The position numbers and the translations under genes were made by a program. From the human T2T-CHM13v2.0 reference genome, Homo sapiens, in the NCBI RefSeq assembly GCF_009914755.1, contig NC_060926.1: a stretch of 64,000 nucleotides of DNA; one strand, given 5' to 3'. Of this stretch, positions 44,501-60,156 are shown one piece after another; the first letter of the stretch is position 1, and each line of letters opens with the position of its first letter. The notes beneath the pieces were generated by a model that was not told where the DNA came from, searched no databases, and saw nothing but the letters and a program-made list of their open reading frames with translations.

Positions 44501-45706
44501 AAGGATACACATTTGTGGGCCTTGCTCCTCAGCAAGGATGCGAAGAATTCGAAGGATGAAACTCAGGCTTCCCTAGTGCATGCCTCAGTCCTCATCCCTA
44601 TGTGCAGCCCAACACAAACATTTTCGCAGTGTCTCTTGAATTGAATTCCTTAGAACAAAGGTGCGTCAGCCCTTTCAGACTCGCCTGATCTCTTGCCCAT
44701 TGTGACTTCGAGTTTTTGCATCCATCATGCGTCTCTCAGTTCTTCCAGCTGTTTCCAGTGGGCTGAATCCATCACAGTAGGAAACCTGGATTAACCTAGA
44801 GGTGGCCTCTCCTGCCTGTGTGTCCATCAGAGGCCACTGCTGCCCCAGTGTGGGTGCCCGGGGACAGCTTCCCTGACGCACTGTAGCCATCCTGCTCAAG
44901 TAGGGAGCACTCCTGACCTCTGTCACCAGCTGGAGGATCAGCTGCCCTTTCGTCCAGACAGCCACTGGCAGCCACTTGGCCAGACACCAAGGGGGATGAT
45001 GGCTTGAAGGTAGGCAGCCAGTGTGGGAGTCAAGCCTTCATACAGCACAGTCAAAAACTCGTAAGTGTTTGTGCAAGGATGGAATCTGCTTTCCAGGGGA
45101 AGCAGCGTAGGCCATGGCCCTCAACTCTGTCTGGTGATAGAAAAAAGGCAAGAGACAAGTCCCTCGCCCAAAGAGTGCTAGTGCCAGAGACAGTACAGAT
45201 TTGAACACAAATAGTCAGGAGGACCACTCTACTCTCTGGGCTTCTCAAATTTTATCATGTACAGGAACCACTTGGGGAGATTATTTAAATCCAGGTTCCC
45301 AAACCTCACCCTGCAGAGGGTCTGATTCTGTAGGTCTGAAGGGAGGTAAGGGGGGTGCTGAAATCCCAGTTTATAGCAAGCACCTCTAGTAATGTTGCTG
45401 CCCTCTCCACAGACCACACTTGGAGGGCAACTCCCCCATCAGCGAGCATCAGGCCACCTACCCTGCCTGCCCAGGCCACAGCCAGCGACTGGGGGCCAAC
45501 CACGAGCTGATCCACAGATACTGAGGCTTGACTTCAACTACTGAGCAAGAATAAGAGACAGAGGAGAAACTGGCCAGTTTGTGCAGACCTGAGATAGAAG
45601 GTCAGGTAGCCTCGAGGGCTGGACAGCTATGCTGGGTTGTATTAGCCTGAGAAACAGAAGAAGCCTGTGATAGGGTGGAGAACAGAGCAGATGGCTGGAG
45701 AGAGAC

Positions 45707-45708
<2 letters not shown>

Positions 45709-45738
<30 letters not shown>
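45709..45738. repeat. (GA)n microsatellite
   Basis: Direct observation. Confidence 0.95.
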
Positions 45739-45742
<4 letters not shown>

Positions 45743-46035
45743 TAGGAACCACCGCTAGAGCTGCCTTTCTCCTTTCCTTCCTTTCCAAGGTCTGAGGCTT
45801 CAGCCACGTTACCCTGGGTTCTTGTGCACCTGCACCCATCCAATCAGCCCTCCATTCCTGGGGTAACTTGGTTTTTCCTCTAAAGTGCTCTGACACACAG
45901 GACAAGCGCTGACCCTTGGCTGGAGCAGGCCCACCTCCCTGGTTGTGGTGGGGAGAACCTGCCTCTGGCAGCCTCTAGGGCCCTGGCCTTGGTGATATCA
46001 ACAGCAGGGTGTGTGATGGTGCATTCTTATTCTCT

Positions 46036-46344
46036 ATTTTCTTTTTTCTTTCTTTTTTTTTTTTTATTTGAGACAGAATTTCACTCTCGTTGCCCAGGCT
46101 GGAGTGCAATGGCGCGATCTCAGCTCACTGCAACCTCCAGGTTCAAGCAATTCTCCTGCCTTAGCCTCCAGAGTAGCTTGGACTACAGGCATGCGCCACC
46201 ATGCCCAGCTAATTTTGTATTTTTAGTAGAGATGGGGTTTCTCCATGTTGGTCAGGCTGGTCTCAAACTCCTGACCTCAGGTGATCCACCCACCTCGGCC
46301 TCCCAAAGTGCTGGGATTACAGGTGTGAGCCACCGTGCCCAGCC
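46036..46344 (-). mobile_element. AluS
   Basis: Full dimer; flanks tctctattttct / tctctgttttct. Confidence 0.9.
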
Positions 46345-46739
46345 TCTCTGTTTTCTAGGATAGATTCCTGAAAGGGGAATTCTTGACTTGGAGGGTGTGA
46401 ACTTTTTTTTTTTTTTAATGTTTTCCTTCATGTTTCTCATATCTGCTTTCCAGAAACCCTGATCACGTGCCTGTTCTGTGGTTACACACTGAGCAAGCAA
46501 AAACCCCTTGCTGGGTGGAGAGATTCATGGCGAAGGGAGCCAAACAGGGCTGCACCATACTGGGAAAGACTGCTCAATGTCAAGCGCAATCGCTGCGGCT
46601 TCTGTTTTCTTCAAAGAAAGCAGATTCCATCCTTGCACTAACACTTATGAGTTTTTGACTGTGCTAGTCAAGGGTTTCTGCTGTAAAAAGTTGAAACCAT
46701 TCTTGGTTTTCTTAAATAGAATGAGGAAATTCTGGAGGG

Positions 46740-47825
<1,086 letters not shown>

Positions 47826-48304
47826 AGTATCAGGAAATTAATACAGAAGGCTCCAAGCAGCTGAGAACTGCCGGGGAGGCTGGAGAAGCTGGCTCAGGCA
47901 GGGAGACACAGCAGAGCCCTGCCCCAGGAGTGGCCTGCTCAGGACGCTGCCCCTACTGGACACTTGCCACTGCCTCGGTGAGCACCCCTCCCTGGGACAT
48001 GTGCAACTGCTGCCAGATCCCACCTCACTTCACACCTTCATCTCGCCCCCTCAAGACTCAGGCGGGAGGTCTGGACTGACCTCACATGGCAAGTGCCCAC
48101 ACAGTAGGTGCCAGGGCTGAGAACACAGTTTCCAGTTTCCAAGGTGCAGCAGGGACCCTGTCTCTGGGTTATCTCAGAAATCCCCCAGATAGGAAGGTAT
48201 TCAGATGGCAGCTGACTAAAATGGCAAATTTCCACCAGAGTGGCTTTGGGCAGGCTGCCAAGCCTCTCTAGACCCCAGTTTCCACATCTTCAGATAAAAG
48301 TTTA

Positions 48305-48618
<314 letters not shown>

Positions 48619-49609
48619 TTATCTAAGGTCACTTCCAGTATATACATTCAATAAATATTTGTTAATTTAGTGTTGGGGAGGGAGGTGGCCAGGAGTGGAA
48701 TGGAGCCATTTGTTTGTTGGCATGGAGTTCTGAGTAAGAGCCCCTCAAAGTCCTGGCCCTGGGAACCACCTCATTGTAATGGCCCTAACCATTCTCTACT
48801 ATAGGTCTAGAAGTCACAGACTCTTGATCTGCAGAAATCTAGGTCTTTACGCATTTAAACCCACAAAATTTGAATTTGTACATTGAGACTCTTTGAGAAG
48901 CTGTCTGCTCTTGAGGTGAAGGTAGTGGAGACCACAGCTCTATATGGACCCCAGAAAATCCTGCACGTGAATCCTTAACAACTTAGCCAGGAGCAGCACA
49001 TTCAGTCTCCTCTTCATGGGGGCACCCAGGCAACACGAGTCTTCAGCAAGAAACAGCCCTGCTGACACCTTAATTTTATCCTGTAAGGCCTATTTCAGAC
49101 TTCTGACCTCCAGAATTGTAAGATAATAAATGAGTGGTTTTTGAACAACAGAAATCTATTTCTCACAGTTCTGGGGTCTGGAAAGTCCACGATCAAGGTG
49201 CTGGCAGAGTTGGTGTCTGATGAGGGCCTATTTCTTGATTCATAGATGGTGCCTGCTGGCTGCATCCTCTGAGGCCTTAGGCAGAGGCCTTAGGCAGGAG
49301 ACACACCATAAACCAAATTCCTCTGACCAATTTCCTGAAGAAAACATTCAGAAAAAGGAGACATAAAGCAATATGCTGCTGGGAAAAGTCATCCTGAACA
49401 CCAGGGTTTCCTAATTCCCTACTCTGTTCTCGGGCAGGGAATCAACTGAGATGATTAACAACTTACACCCAAACCCCACCATGTGCCAGAGAGAGCAGCA
49501 CTGTGAGAATTGCCTGATTTAAACACAAGAATCGACTGAGTCACAAAAGAACCTCCATTATCCATCACCTAGATTCAACAATTATCAAAGGGGATCCAGA
49601 TTTTCTTCC

Positions 49610-50008
49610 TGCTATGGTCTGAATGTTTGTGTTGCTCCAAAAATCACACATTGAAACCTAATCATCAGTTTGATGGTATTAGGAGGTGGGGCCTTTGGGA
49701 GGTGATAATCTCCTAATCTTACCTTCCAAAGGCCCCACCTCTTAATACCATTCTATTGGGTTGATATTAGCAGACTGGAAACTTTTAATGGAGGCCCCAG
49801 AGAGCTGCCTTCCCATTCCAACATGTGAGGACACAGCCAGAAGGCACCATTTATGAACTAAGAAGCAGGCCCTCATCAGACACCAAGTTGGCCAGCACCT
49901 TCATCTTGGACTTCTCAGCCCCCAGAACAGTGTGAAATGGATTTCTGTTGTTCAAAAGCCACCTAGTCTATGCTATTTGGTTATAGCAGCCCAAATAGAC
50001 TTAAGATA
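49610..50008 (+). mobile_element. MLT1A LTR with an internal fold-back inversion
   Basis: tgctatggtctgaatgtttgtg...gttatagcagcccaaatagacttaagata; TSD-like cttcc/cttca. Confidence 0.8.
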
Positions 50009-50507
50009 CTTCATTTATCCTTTTTTATCTTTGCTGAAAAGAAAAAAGCACTAAGCACTGTGTCATTTCAGTATGCATCTGAAAAATGAGAACTTTTCCT
50101 ACAGAGCCCCAATGTCATTGTCACACCTACCAAAATTAGCAGGAATTCCTTAATATTATCTCGTATCTACACTCTAATTAAGTTTTCCATTTATCTCAAA
50201 AATATCCCTTTAGAGATGGTTTACTCTAATTAGGACCTGAATCAGGTCTACACATTGCATTTGGTGATTCTGTCTCTTAATTCTCTTATAACCTAGCAGT
50301 CCACCCTCTCCCATTCTTCACTCCAATTTTTCTCCAACCTATTGGTTTGCTACAGAAACTGGGCCAGTTTTGTGGTAGAATAAGTTAGCCAAAGATTAAA
50401 AAGAGGAGGACATGGTGGCACTATCATGGAGGGAGGATGGGTTTGTAGAGTGTCTTAGGATCAAAGCCTGACACTATGTGTCATTGTGTGTCACTGAGCC
50501 CCTCAAT

Positions 50508-51112
50508 ATATCCACTGGGGTTTGATCGAAAAGGAAGAGCCACTATGAGTGATATAGAATGAAGACATTTGGGGGAATTAGACCTTACACAATTGTGGGA
50601 GCTGATTCAACAGTCTGCCCAATGCAGCTGTTGCCATGTCCAGTGTTGGTCCTAAGTCAGTAGAGCCAGCAGTTGGAAAGGAGAGATGAGTGTGAAGAGG
50701 GGGAGAGTAAGACTAGATTAGAACCCATGAAGACAAACTGGGACCCTGGAGGACAAACTGGAACTCACATTTGTCTCACTCTCTTTCAGTGATGCAAGTG
50801 ACCTGCAGGATTCACTGGTGCCCCACAGAGCTGCACAAGCTGGCCCAGGATTTGGAGAAGCAGAAGATTCGACAAGACCAATAAGGGCTGTGGACTCAGC
50901 TACTGTTTCACGCTCACAAGGTGGCCAGGAGACCAGCAATTGTGTGCTTGAGCCCACATCAACCTTCAGAGCATAGAAATGGCTGCTATTTCACTTCCAC
51001 TTCCAAATCTCATGAACTCCTCTTATGGCCAACCCTAGCCTAGAACAGTACAAGAAAGGGAATTCTGAAAATTCCTTAGTATTTCTGGTTAAAGTGATGT
51101 ACATAGGCACCA
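50508..51112 (-). mobile_element. Old ERVL-type LTR (MLT2-like)
   Basis: ggaattagaccttacacaattgtgggagctg motif; boundaries approximate. Confidence 0.5.
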
Positions 51113-51396
51113 AACTCACGTAAGGATAGCCTCTCCCATAGGAATGTGGCCAAGCTTACACAAGTGTACAGCAGGGTTGGAGGTCTCCCTGGCCCCTTCA
51201 GTTCTACTGCTCATGTCTTTCCCTGCCTTTAGGGCTAGCAGCAAATGATGCAAGTGTGTGCTGGTGTGGGTAAAAATCCAGGGCTCCAGGCGGAGGGCTG
51301 TCTTGCTATAGACACAAATCTCTTTGAGGATAGACTTGTATTCCCAGCAAAAACCTGGTCCCTGCGGGAAGGGAATGGAGCCAAGAATGCATATAG

Positions 51397-51781
<385 letters not shown>

Positions 51782-54128
51782 TAGCCCCTCTCTACCCCAA
51801 ACTCCGTTTAGAATTTGAGTTCACCACAGATTATGTATAAAAATCAACATTAACAATAATGATAACTAATATTTTGATAGTGATTAGTATTTGCCAGGCA
51901 CTATTACAAATATTTTATATACACACCACTTTAACTCATGTAACAAATCCATCAGCACTAATGGACTAGGCCCTGCTTGGTTAAAAAAAGAAAAGGTGAC
52001 AACCACAGACTAATACTATTTAGGTATAAGTTACCACAGATGATTTCAAGATTTGACATTACGTTTTTTAAAAACTTTCATCTTATCAAGAGCTATTTTC
52101 ATGGAAATGGAGTTTCACTGAACAAGAATATTGTAATCTGCCAACAAGGTCGAAGTACCCTAAGCTTCTCCCGTCAAGAGACGGAGTCTATTTCTCACCC
52201 CTTGAGTCTGGGCTGGCCTGTGACTTGCTTTGGAATGCCATGCAAGTGACAGCTCACCAGTTTTGAGCATAGCCCTCAAGAGACTTTATAGCTTCAGTTC
52301 TCTCTTAAAATCTAGTTTTGCCACATGGGACAAGCCTAAAAGAAAAGACACTACATGGAGAGAGGCCCCAGATCATCCTGGCTGAGGCCCCAGACAAGTG
52401 AGTGTGTCCAGGGAACAACAGCCAAGCTTAGCCCAGACTGAAAGGACCTCCCAGCTAAGCCCAGAATCAGGAACTGAATAAATTATTGTTGTTCTTAGTC
52501 ACATGATTTTGTTATGCAACCAAAACTGATATGGGGGAGACACTAAAAGCTAGATTTTACGTCTGCCTGATATCCTGGGCTCTTAGTGTTCTTTTCAAAA
52601 TTCTTTCTGCAAATTCATGGAGTCACCTGTACCCTTCATGATGGGTACTGATTGATGGAGTTTAATTGTGTCCCTTTTATTCAAACAAACATTTCTCCCC
52701 TATCAAGTATATTTTTAAATTCTGACAAGAAAACATGGAAAATATAGAAAAGATTAAATAAGGAAACAAATAAAACTATAATTAAATAATCCACAGATAG
52801 GGACTGTTAATATTTATGGTTTTTTCTTTCACATATTTTTCCATTATATATTATAAATGTATACATATGCATATCATATTATTCTACATGGGTGTATATA
52901 TTATACACACGTGTATTATATAATTAGTTTATGTAGTTCTGAATCCCACTTTTCTCTTCACAAGATTCTTATATATTCCCAGCCATTAAAATTCTTGGAA
53001 AACATCACTCTAATGGGTATAATTGCCCATCATAAAGTTATATCATAATTTATTTAACTGCTTCCCAATTGTTGGACATTATTCTGTCTTCAATTTTTTA
53101 TTATTATAAGTGGCAATGTCATGAACATCTGTGTACATCTTTGTTCAGATCCTTGAATCTGTCCTCAGGAAGATGGAATTGCTGGGTTAAAGAGCACCAG
53201 CATTTAAAGTTTTATCCATAAAAGGAACTACAATCCAAACATCTCGGGAAGAATATCTAAAGGAAGACAATGTTTATCTCTACTCCTGATGTTTAAGCCA
53301 GGAACAGGTCTGCTTTTGTTTTACTGGTACTAGGTCGGGAAAGAAATGCTCAGTGAAACAGAAGTCCAGGCATTCAGTTCTGGACGCCAGGGAACCCTAG
53401 CCCAGGGCCCCTCTCTACCGAATTGCTCAGACCCTCCGTGACCACTCTTGAGGTGTGTTCTCCTGGCTGGAGAGAGGAGATGCAGGCTGGAGAAGACATG
53501 GCGGAGTCCAGGGACCATTCTTGTCCTGGCTCCCGGAACACGCTCCTCTTAGGGGTTTCATGTCCCTCTAGGCTGGGAATGCTGCCAGGGGGCTGAGGAA
53601 CTGATGTTCCCAAGGCTGGTACATTTGATTTTCACTCTTGGCTAGAATTCAGAGCAGAGAAAAGTAAACTGCATCTGGGCCAAGGTGAGCCTGTCTCCTT
53701 GGAGGTCCTTGGGCTAAATGGAGGAGAAGGGTATACAGAGCTGAGAGCCAAGGAAGCCGATGAGGAATTGCACTTGGGTGTGGAGAACAAAACTACGTGG
53801 CCACTGATTGACTCAGGAGCTCTGCTGAAGGTGCCCTTGGCTCCCTGCATCTTAATCCTGGCCTGAGAATGGTCAGTCTACTTGAGGGCCAGTAATACGA
53901 TCTTAAACCTTCGTGACTTACGCCTCAGTACCAAGGCCAGTCCCTTCATTTGAAAAGGAAGAAGGAAGAAAACTAGAATCCATTGGCGATTTGCTGTGTG
54001 CCAGGCACTTTACAATACAAAGAAGGCTTATTAATATTCTCATTCAAAAAAATAAACAAACCAACGCCACAGTAAATGATGGGATTTGCTTAAGGTTTTG
54101 GGACTAATTAATTCAAAAACTGAGACTT

Positions 54129-54567
<439 letters not shown>

Positions 54568-56214
54568 TTATTACTTCTTTGAACTTGGGAATGGTACTCA
54601 TTGCCTCTGAGCTTCAGCTTCCTATTCTGTAAAATGAGCAGTTGCCTACCTTGCAGGGTTCTAGTTAGGAGTGGCAGGGGGAATGCTTGCAAAAGACCTA
54701 GTGCCGCACTTGACCCACAAGAGGACTCTTGAACACCAGCTGTAACATCCACCCCTTTTGCTTCTGTTGCCTCTTCTGGGAGCCCTGACGGGAAAACCCA
54801 GTGAGGTTGAGGATACAGGGGTGTGTGGGAGACCTCCGTCTCTGGAACGAATCCCCCACTCCTCCATCATGCCCACCACACTGGCTGCTTGATTTCTCTG
54901 CCACACTCTAGCTTTTCTCTCTGAAAAACAACTTGCCAGTAACACAGCAAGAAGGCTCAGGGCTCTGAACTATTGTGTGCATCCCAGGTGGACTCAGTCC
55001 CCAGATGGAAGAAGGACAAGTCTCCATCTCAGAGACAGGGAGTGGGAAGGTAACTGGAATTTTACCTGTGCAAAGTGCCCTACATCCAGGTGATATTTCA
55101 TCCTGCTCTGTTCCTTCGTAAAGGTCTCCAGCGAGCAGAAGGGTTCCATGAGCCTTACTCCTCTGGTCCCAGGCCTTGCCAGGCACATGTTGCTTTTCCC
55201 TGGGAGTAGGGCTGGGCACTCCTGCCTCCCCATGCCCATCAGCCATGGGGTTCCCTTTAAAGGCTCTGGATTGAGCACAGTCACCTCTAATGGGACCATG
55301 GAGGACCAGCCCAGCAACCTAGAGCTGCTTCCCAGGCTGCCTGGGAATCATTTCATTTTCTATTTGCAGAATCACAGATGTTGACTTTTGATCTCTTCCT
55401 CTCTCCCTTGGGGGCCTCAAATCAGTGATGACAGCTATTTCATTCCTTTTTAATTTTTTTTCTTTTCCCTATAAAGAGAAAAGGTCAGAAAGGGCTCAGA
55501 AAGGTTTTGAAAATATTGGAAGAGCTACATACTGGCTACTGGAATGCAAAAGAAAAGCTCTAGCCCTCTCTATGGAAAGCTCATGGCAATGACCAGGCAG
55601 AGGCTGGGGTGGGCACTCTTTAAGGCAGTAATGTTAACCTTTAGTGTGTCTGTAAATCATTCAGGAGTCTTGTTATTAATACAATGCAAATTCAGATTCA
55701 ATAGGTCTAATGCACTCCCAGGCAAGGTCCATGCTGCCAGCCCAGAACCATGCTTAGAGGAACAGGTGCTGAGTTTCTTCCTCACCTCCACCTTGCCCCA
55801 GTCCTGAATCCTGCAATCTGTAAATGCTCCCTGCTATCTTCATGCAGTTGAGTCTTAACAGGCAAGAAGCCAGCCAAGCGAGAATCTCTCAGCAGACACT
55901 TTAATCAAATTAAAACCCACATTTAGATTTTTATCACTTTTGATCATTTAAACAGAAGAACTTTCAGATATATATAGATTTCCAAAGAAGGGATCACAAG
56001 AGGACACTCAGGTGAGGGGTGGGGAGTTGGTGGCAGTGTTGGGGGGGCTTTCTTCTCTCACCCCATTCTATCCCCTTTGACTTATTCATTTCTTTTAAAT
56101 AGCATTTGGCTCAACTATTATGATCTTATGCTGAACCTTTTGCCATCCCATGAATGGGCAAGCCTCTGTATACCCAGTGAAAATTACCTTTTTCTTTCCA
56201 TAGGTCCCAGTTGC

Positions 56215-56509
56215 TTTTTTTTTTTTTTTTTTGAGTCAGAGTTTCATTCTGTCACCCAGGCTATAGTGTAGTAATGTTATCTTGGCTCACTGCAACCTCC
56301 TGGATTCAAGTGATTCTCCTGCCTCAACCTCCTAAGGAGCTGGGACTACAGGCGTGTGCCACCATGTCAGGCTAATTTTTGTATTTTTTAGTAGAGATGG
56401 GGTTTTGCCACATTGGCCAGGTTGGTCTCGAACTCCTTACCTCAAGTGATCCACCCGCCTCAGCCTCCCAAAATGCTGGGATTACAGATGTAAGCCACCA
56501 CACCCGGCC
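56215..56509 (-). mobile_element. AluS
   Basis: Full dimer. Confidence 0.9.
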
Positions 56510-57376
56510 TCCCACCTCCCAGTTACTTTTATAAAAATTTTTCTATGTGTTTTGCTCATGTGAACACAACTTAAAATGCATTCTATGATAACTCAAACAT
56601 AATAAGATGGATAAATATTGTGTATTAGAAAGCAATGTCCATTTTCTAAAATGATTCACTGCATCATGCCATAAGCGATGAGCCCTTTCTGGGTCTTTAA
56701 CCATCAAAAAGTGACTCTCAGGGATTCAGACCTAATTGGCCTGAGGAGGGACTCAGGCACTAATATTTTTTAAAAGCTCTGAAAATGATTCTAATGTACA
56801 CTCAGGTTTCAATACCACTAGACTAAATGATGTCAAATTGCTAACTTGAAACCATTCCGATGCCTCGCTATACATTTAAATTCCACACGCATTTTTGAGT
56901 GCTTGTCATATACCAGGCACTATGTGGGCTCCTGAGATATGAGCAGATCAGCCGCAGCTTCTGCCTTCAGGGTATGCACAGTCTAGCAGGGGAGATTTTA
57001 AAAAGCAGAATTAATTCTATCTAGAGGCCCCACAAATAGTGAAACAGGGAAATGTTGCCTCTATAAATACAAATAAAAGGAGAGGAGGGAGTGGGGGAAC
57101 CTGCCCATATCTCCCCCATCATTGTTCTTCCTCTCACTTCCTCCAGAGGGTACAGAACGTGGATTAAACAGGAACACAATGAGTGCAGGGCAGAACCTCA
57201 GCTCTCAGATTTGAGCTCTGGAGAGAATGGGCAGGGCCGTGAGCAGCTGAGAGATGGAGCCTTCCAGGCTGGGCGATTTCTTAATGTAGGAATGCAAAAC
57301 CTGGCCCTCAAGTGGCAAAGGCTAAATTGTGAAATGATTTTCAGCAGCTCCTCCACCAAAAGTGTCAGGTAGCTAA

Positions 57377-57785
<409 letters not shown>

Positions 57786-59675
57786 TTCACTAAATCTTTA
57801 TGCCAGCCTGGCTTACTTGCCCCCCAATTACCTTGCAGGTGTCAATCAGCTGGGCGGGACTTCATACTGAGCATGAGTGGCCAAGAGGGTGTGCAAGAAC
57901 ACCTGCATGGTAAGGTAGGAGACTGTTTCTCCCAGAGAAACTCCAGTGTTGGGGAATTCATGAATGAGATATTTTAATAAATGCAAAATCATGCAGTCCC
58001 CAGTCCAAATGAATCCACGGATGAGTAAAGCCAGTGAATTTTGGCAGAAAATAGCATATGACCCAAACCTGCCCCTTCACCTCAATTCTGGGGCTCAGCA
58101 GGTGTTGTCAAGTGGAGTTCTCTCCTACTAGGGAGAGGGAGCTTGCTCCCAGGCACAGCTGACCAATGAGGGAATGGGCTGCTTTTTGAGATAATGAATT
58201 TCCCACCAGAGGCCTTTTGTAAGGTTTTGGGGCAGGAGTATTTAAGCAATGGAAAGGGTGTTGGCTACTTTTAATGTGCCTTATAAGGAACCTCTTAAAA
58301 CCACTTTGTGACTGCCTTTAAGTACCTTTCAATTCTACAGTTCTTTGAAATATGTGAACTGAATTCAGGTCTCCTATAAGCAGAGGAATAATGACAGTGG
58401 CAACGCTGCAAAGCCATGAATATCAATGAATATTAACTGGGAATTTCCTCAGTCGCAGCTCTGTGACACTCTCAAATACACCCTATCCCTCAAAAATGTG
58501 TAGAATTATATTATACGTACTTTACAAATAAGGAAATATGCATAAAGAAGCTGAAAGATTTGCCCAATATCCCACAAAAGACACGTGCTTCAAGTCCAGG
58601 TTTCTTGATTTGTAGTCTGATGTTTATAGTATAATATCATAATTTTTATTTTGTTCAGATACAGTAAGAGCTGAAAAAAATCCTTAGAATATGTATCTTC
58701 AGGAAAGAAAATGATCTCAAAGAAGAAACAGATTTGGTGGAATTTGATGGCTGGATTAGCTGTCAGGGTAATGCTCATGAGTGGCCAGCAGGGAGCAGAA
58801 GCCTGCCATTCTAGCCGCTTACATCCTTTCCAAGCCCGTAGAGGTCTGGAAGTTAGTGCAGGAAAACCATTGAGAGCAAAGCCTAAGAAAGCAGAAGGGA
58901 GCCAGTGAGGACTGCTGCAAAGGCTCCTTTCAGGCAGGATGTATCAACAGCAGGGTGCATCTGAAGAAGAGGCTTCCCCCAGGAGGATGCCTCCAGGACC
59001 CAGAGGCAGCAAGAAAACTCTGGAACATGCACAAGATTGGAATATCAGCAATCCAAGACTCCAGGAGTCAATCTGCTATTTTCCAGCCCATGACCCTTTC
59101 TCTGCATCTGTTTCCCATCTCAATTTACAGTACATTGCCATTGTCAAGCTGTGCAAAGGCCTTCTCTTGTTTTATTTCATTTTCCTATCATTTCCAGTTT
59201 GTGTTCCCATTCCCCCACATATTGTTCTCTTTTTCCCGTTGGTTTGCAAGAGCTCTCTGTATAATCTAGGTGTACATCTCTTGTTGTTTGCAAATATATT
59301 CTCCCCAACTGTCACTCAGCTATCTGTAAATTTCACTAAAGAGAAATATGGCTTGTGTTTTCCCACCCTGAGTTCACAAAGATATTCCACATTTCCATCT
59401 GGAGTTTAGAATATGATATAAAGTTGACTATGATATAATAAAGTTGAGATACAGCTTTATTTTTCTCCATAGAGTGAGCTAGTTAGAGCCCACCACCAGT
59501 CCCCAAGTTCATGTTTTTCTTACTGTTTTGGGGTGCTACCTCTATCATAAGTCAAGTTTTCATATTGAAAAATGGGTTTTATATTTTTGAGCTCTTTAGT
59601 TTGTTCTGTATGATTTGCTTGTTTCTGTACCAATACCACATCCTTTACTACCATGGCTTTGTGGTAAGGTCACCT

Positions 59676-59838
59676 GTCTCTCTCCTCTCCTCTCCTCTCC
59701 TCTCCTCTCCTCTCCTCTCCTCTCCTCTCCTCTCCTCTCTTCTCCTCTCCTCTCCGCTCTGCCCCGCCCTGTCCCTCTTCTCTCCTCTCCTCTCCTCTCT
59801 TCTCCTCTCCTCTCTTCTTCTTCCTCTCTCTCTCTTTC
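59676..59838. repeat. (CCTCT)n polypyrimidine microsatellite
   Basis: Direct observation. Confidence 0.95.
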
Positions 59839-59869
59839 TATTAAAAATGGCTTAGTTATTTCTGGATCT

Positions 59870-60156
59870 TATTTATTTTTGAGACGAAGTCTCACTCTGT
59901 CAGGCTAGAGTGCGGTGGCACAGTCACAGCTCACTGCAGCCTCGATCTCCCACGCTCAAGCAATCCTCCTACTTCAGCCTCCTGAGTAGCTGGGACTACA
60001 AGCATGTGCCACTATGCCTGGCTAATTTTTAAAATTTTTTTGTAGAGACAGGGTCTCAGTATGTTTCCCAGGCTGGTCTCAAACTCCTGGGCTCAAACAA
60101 TCCTGCCTTGGCCTCCAAAGTACTGGGATTACAGGTGTGAGCCACTGTACCTGGCC
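59870..60156 (-). mobile_element. AluJ
   Basis: Dimer with J-type diagnostics. Confidence 0.85.

Larger units (their letters stand above)
45044..46665. repeat. 50-bp inverted repeat pair (45044-45093 / 46616-46665), 48/50 identical
   Basis: agcacagtcaaaaactc(g/a)taagtgtt(t/a)gtgcaaggatggaatctgctttc and its reverse complement. Confidence 0.93.

Noticed and set aside
45044-46665. Inverted repeats as the TIRs of a DNA transposon
   Set aside because: No target-site duplication, no transposase remnant, and the interior is ordinary genomic sequence with older repeats; kept only as an unexplained inverted repeat.
58939-59855. 156-aa and Leu/Ser-rich ORFs
   Set aside because: They run through antisense L1-like T-rich sequence and the (CCTCT)n repeat; compositional artefacts.
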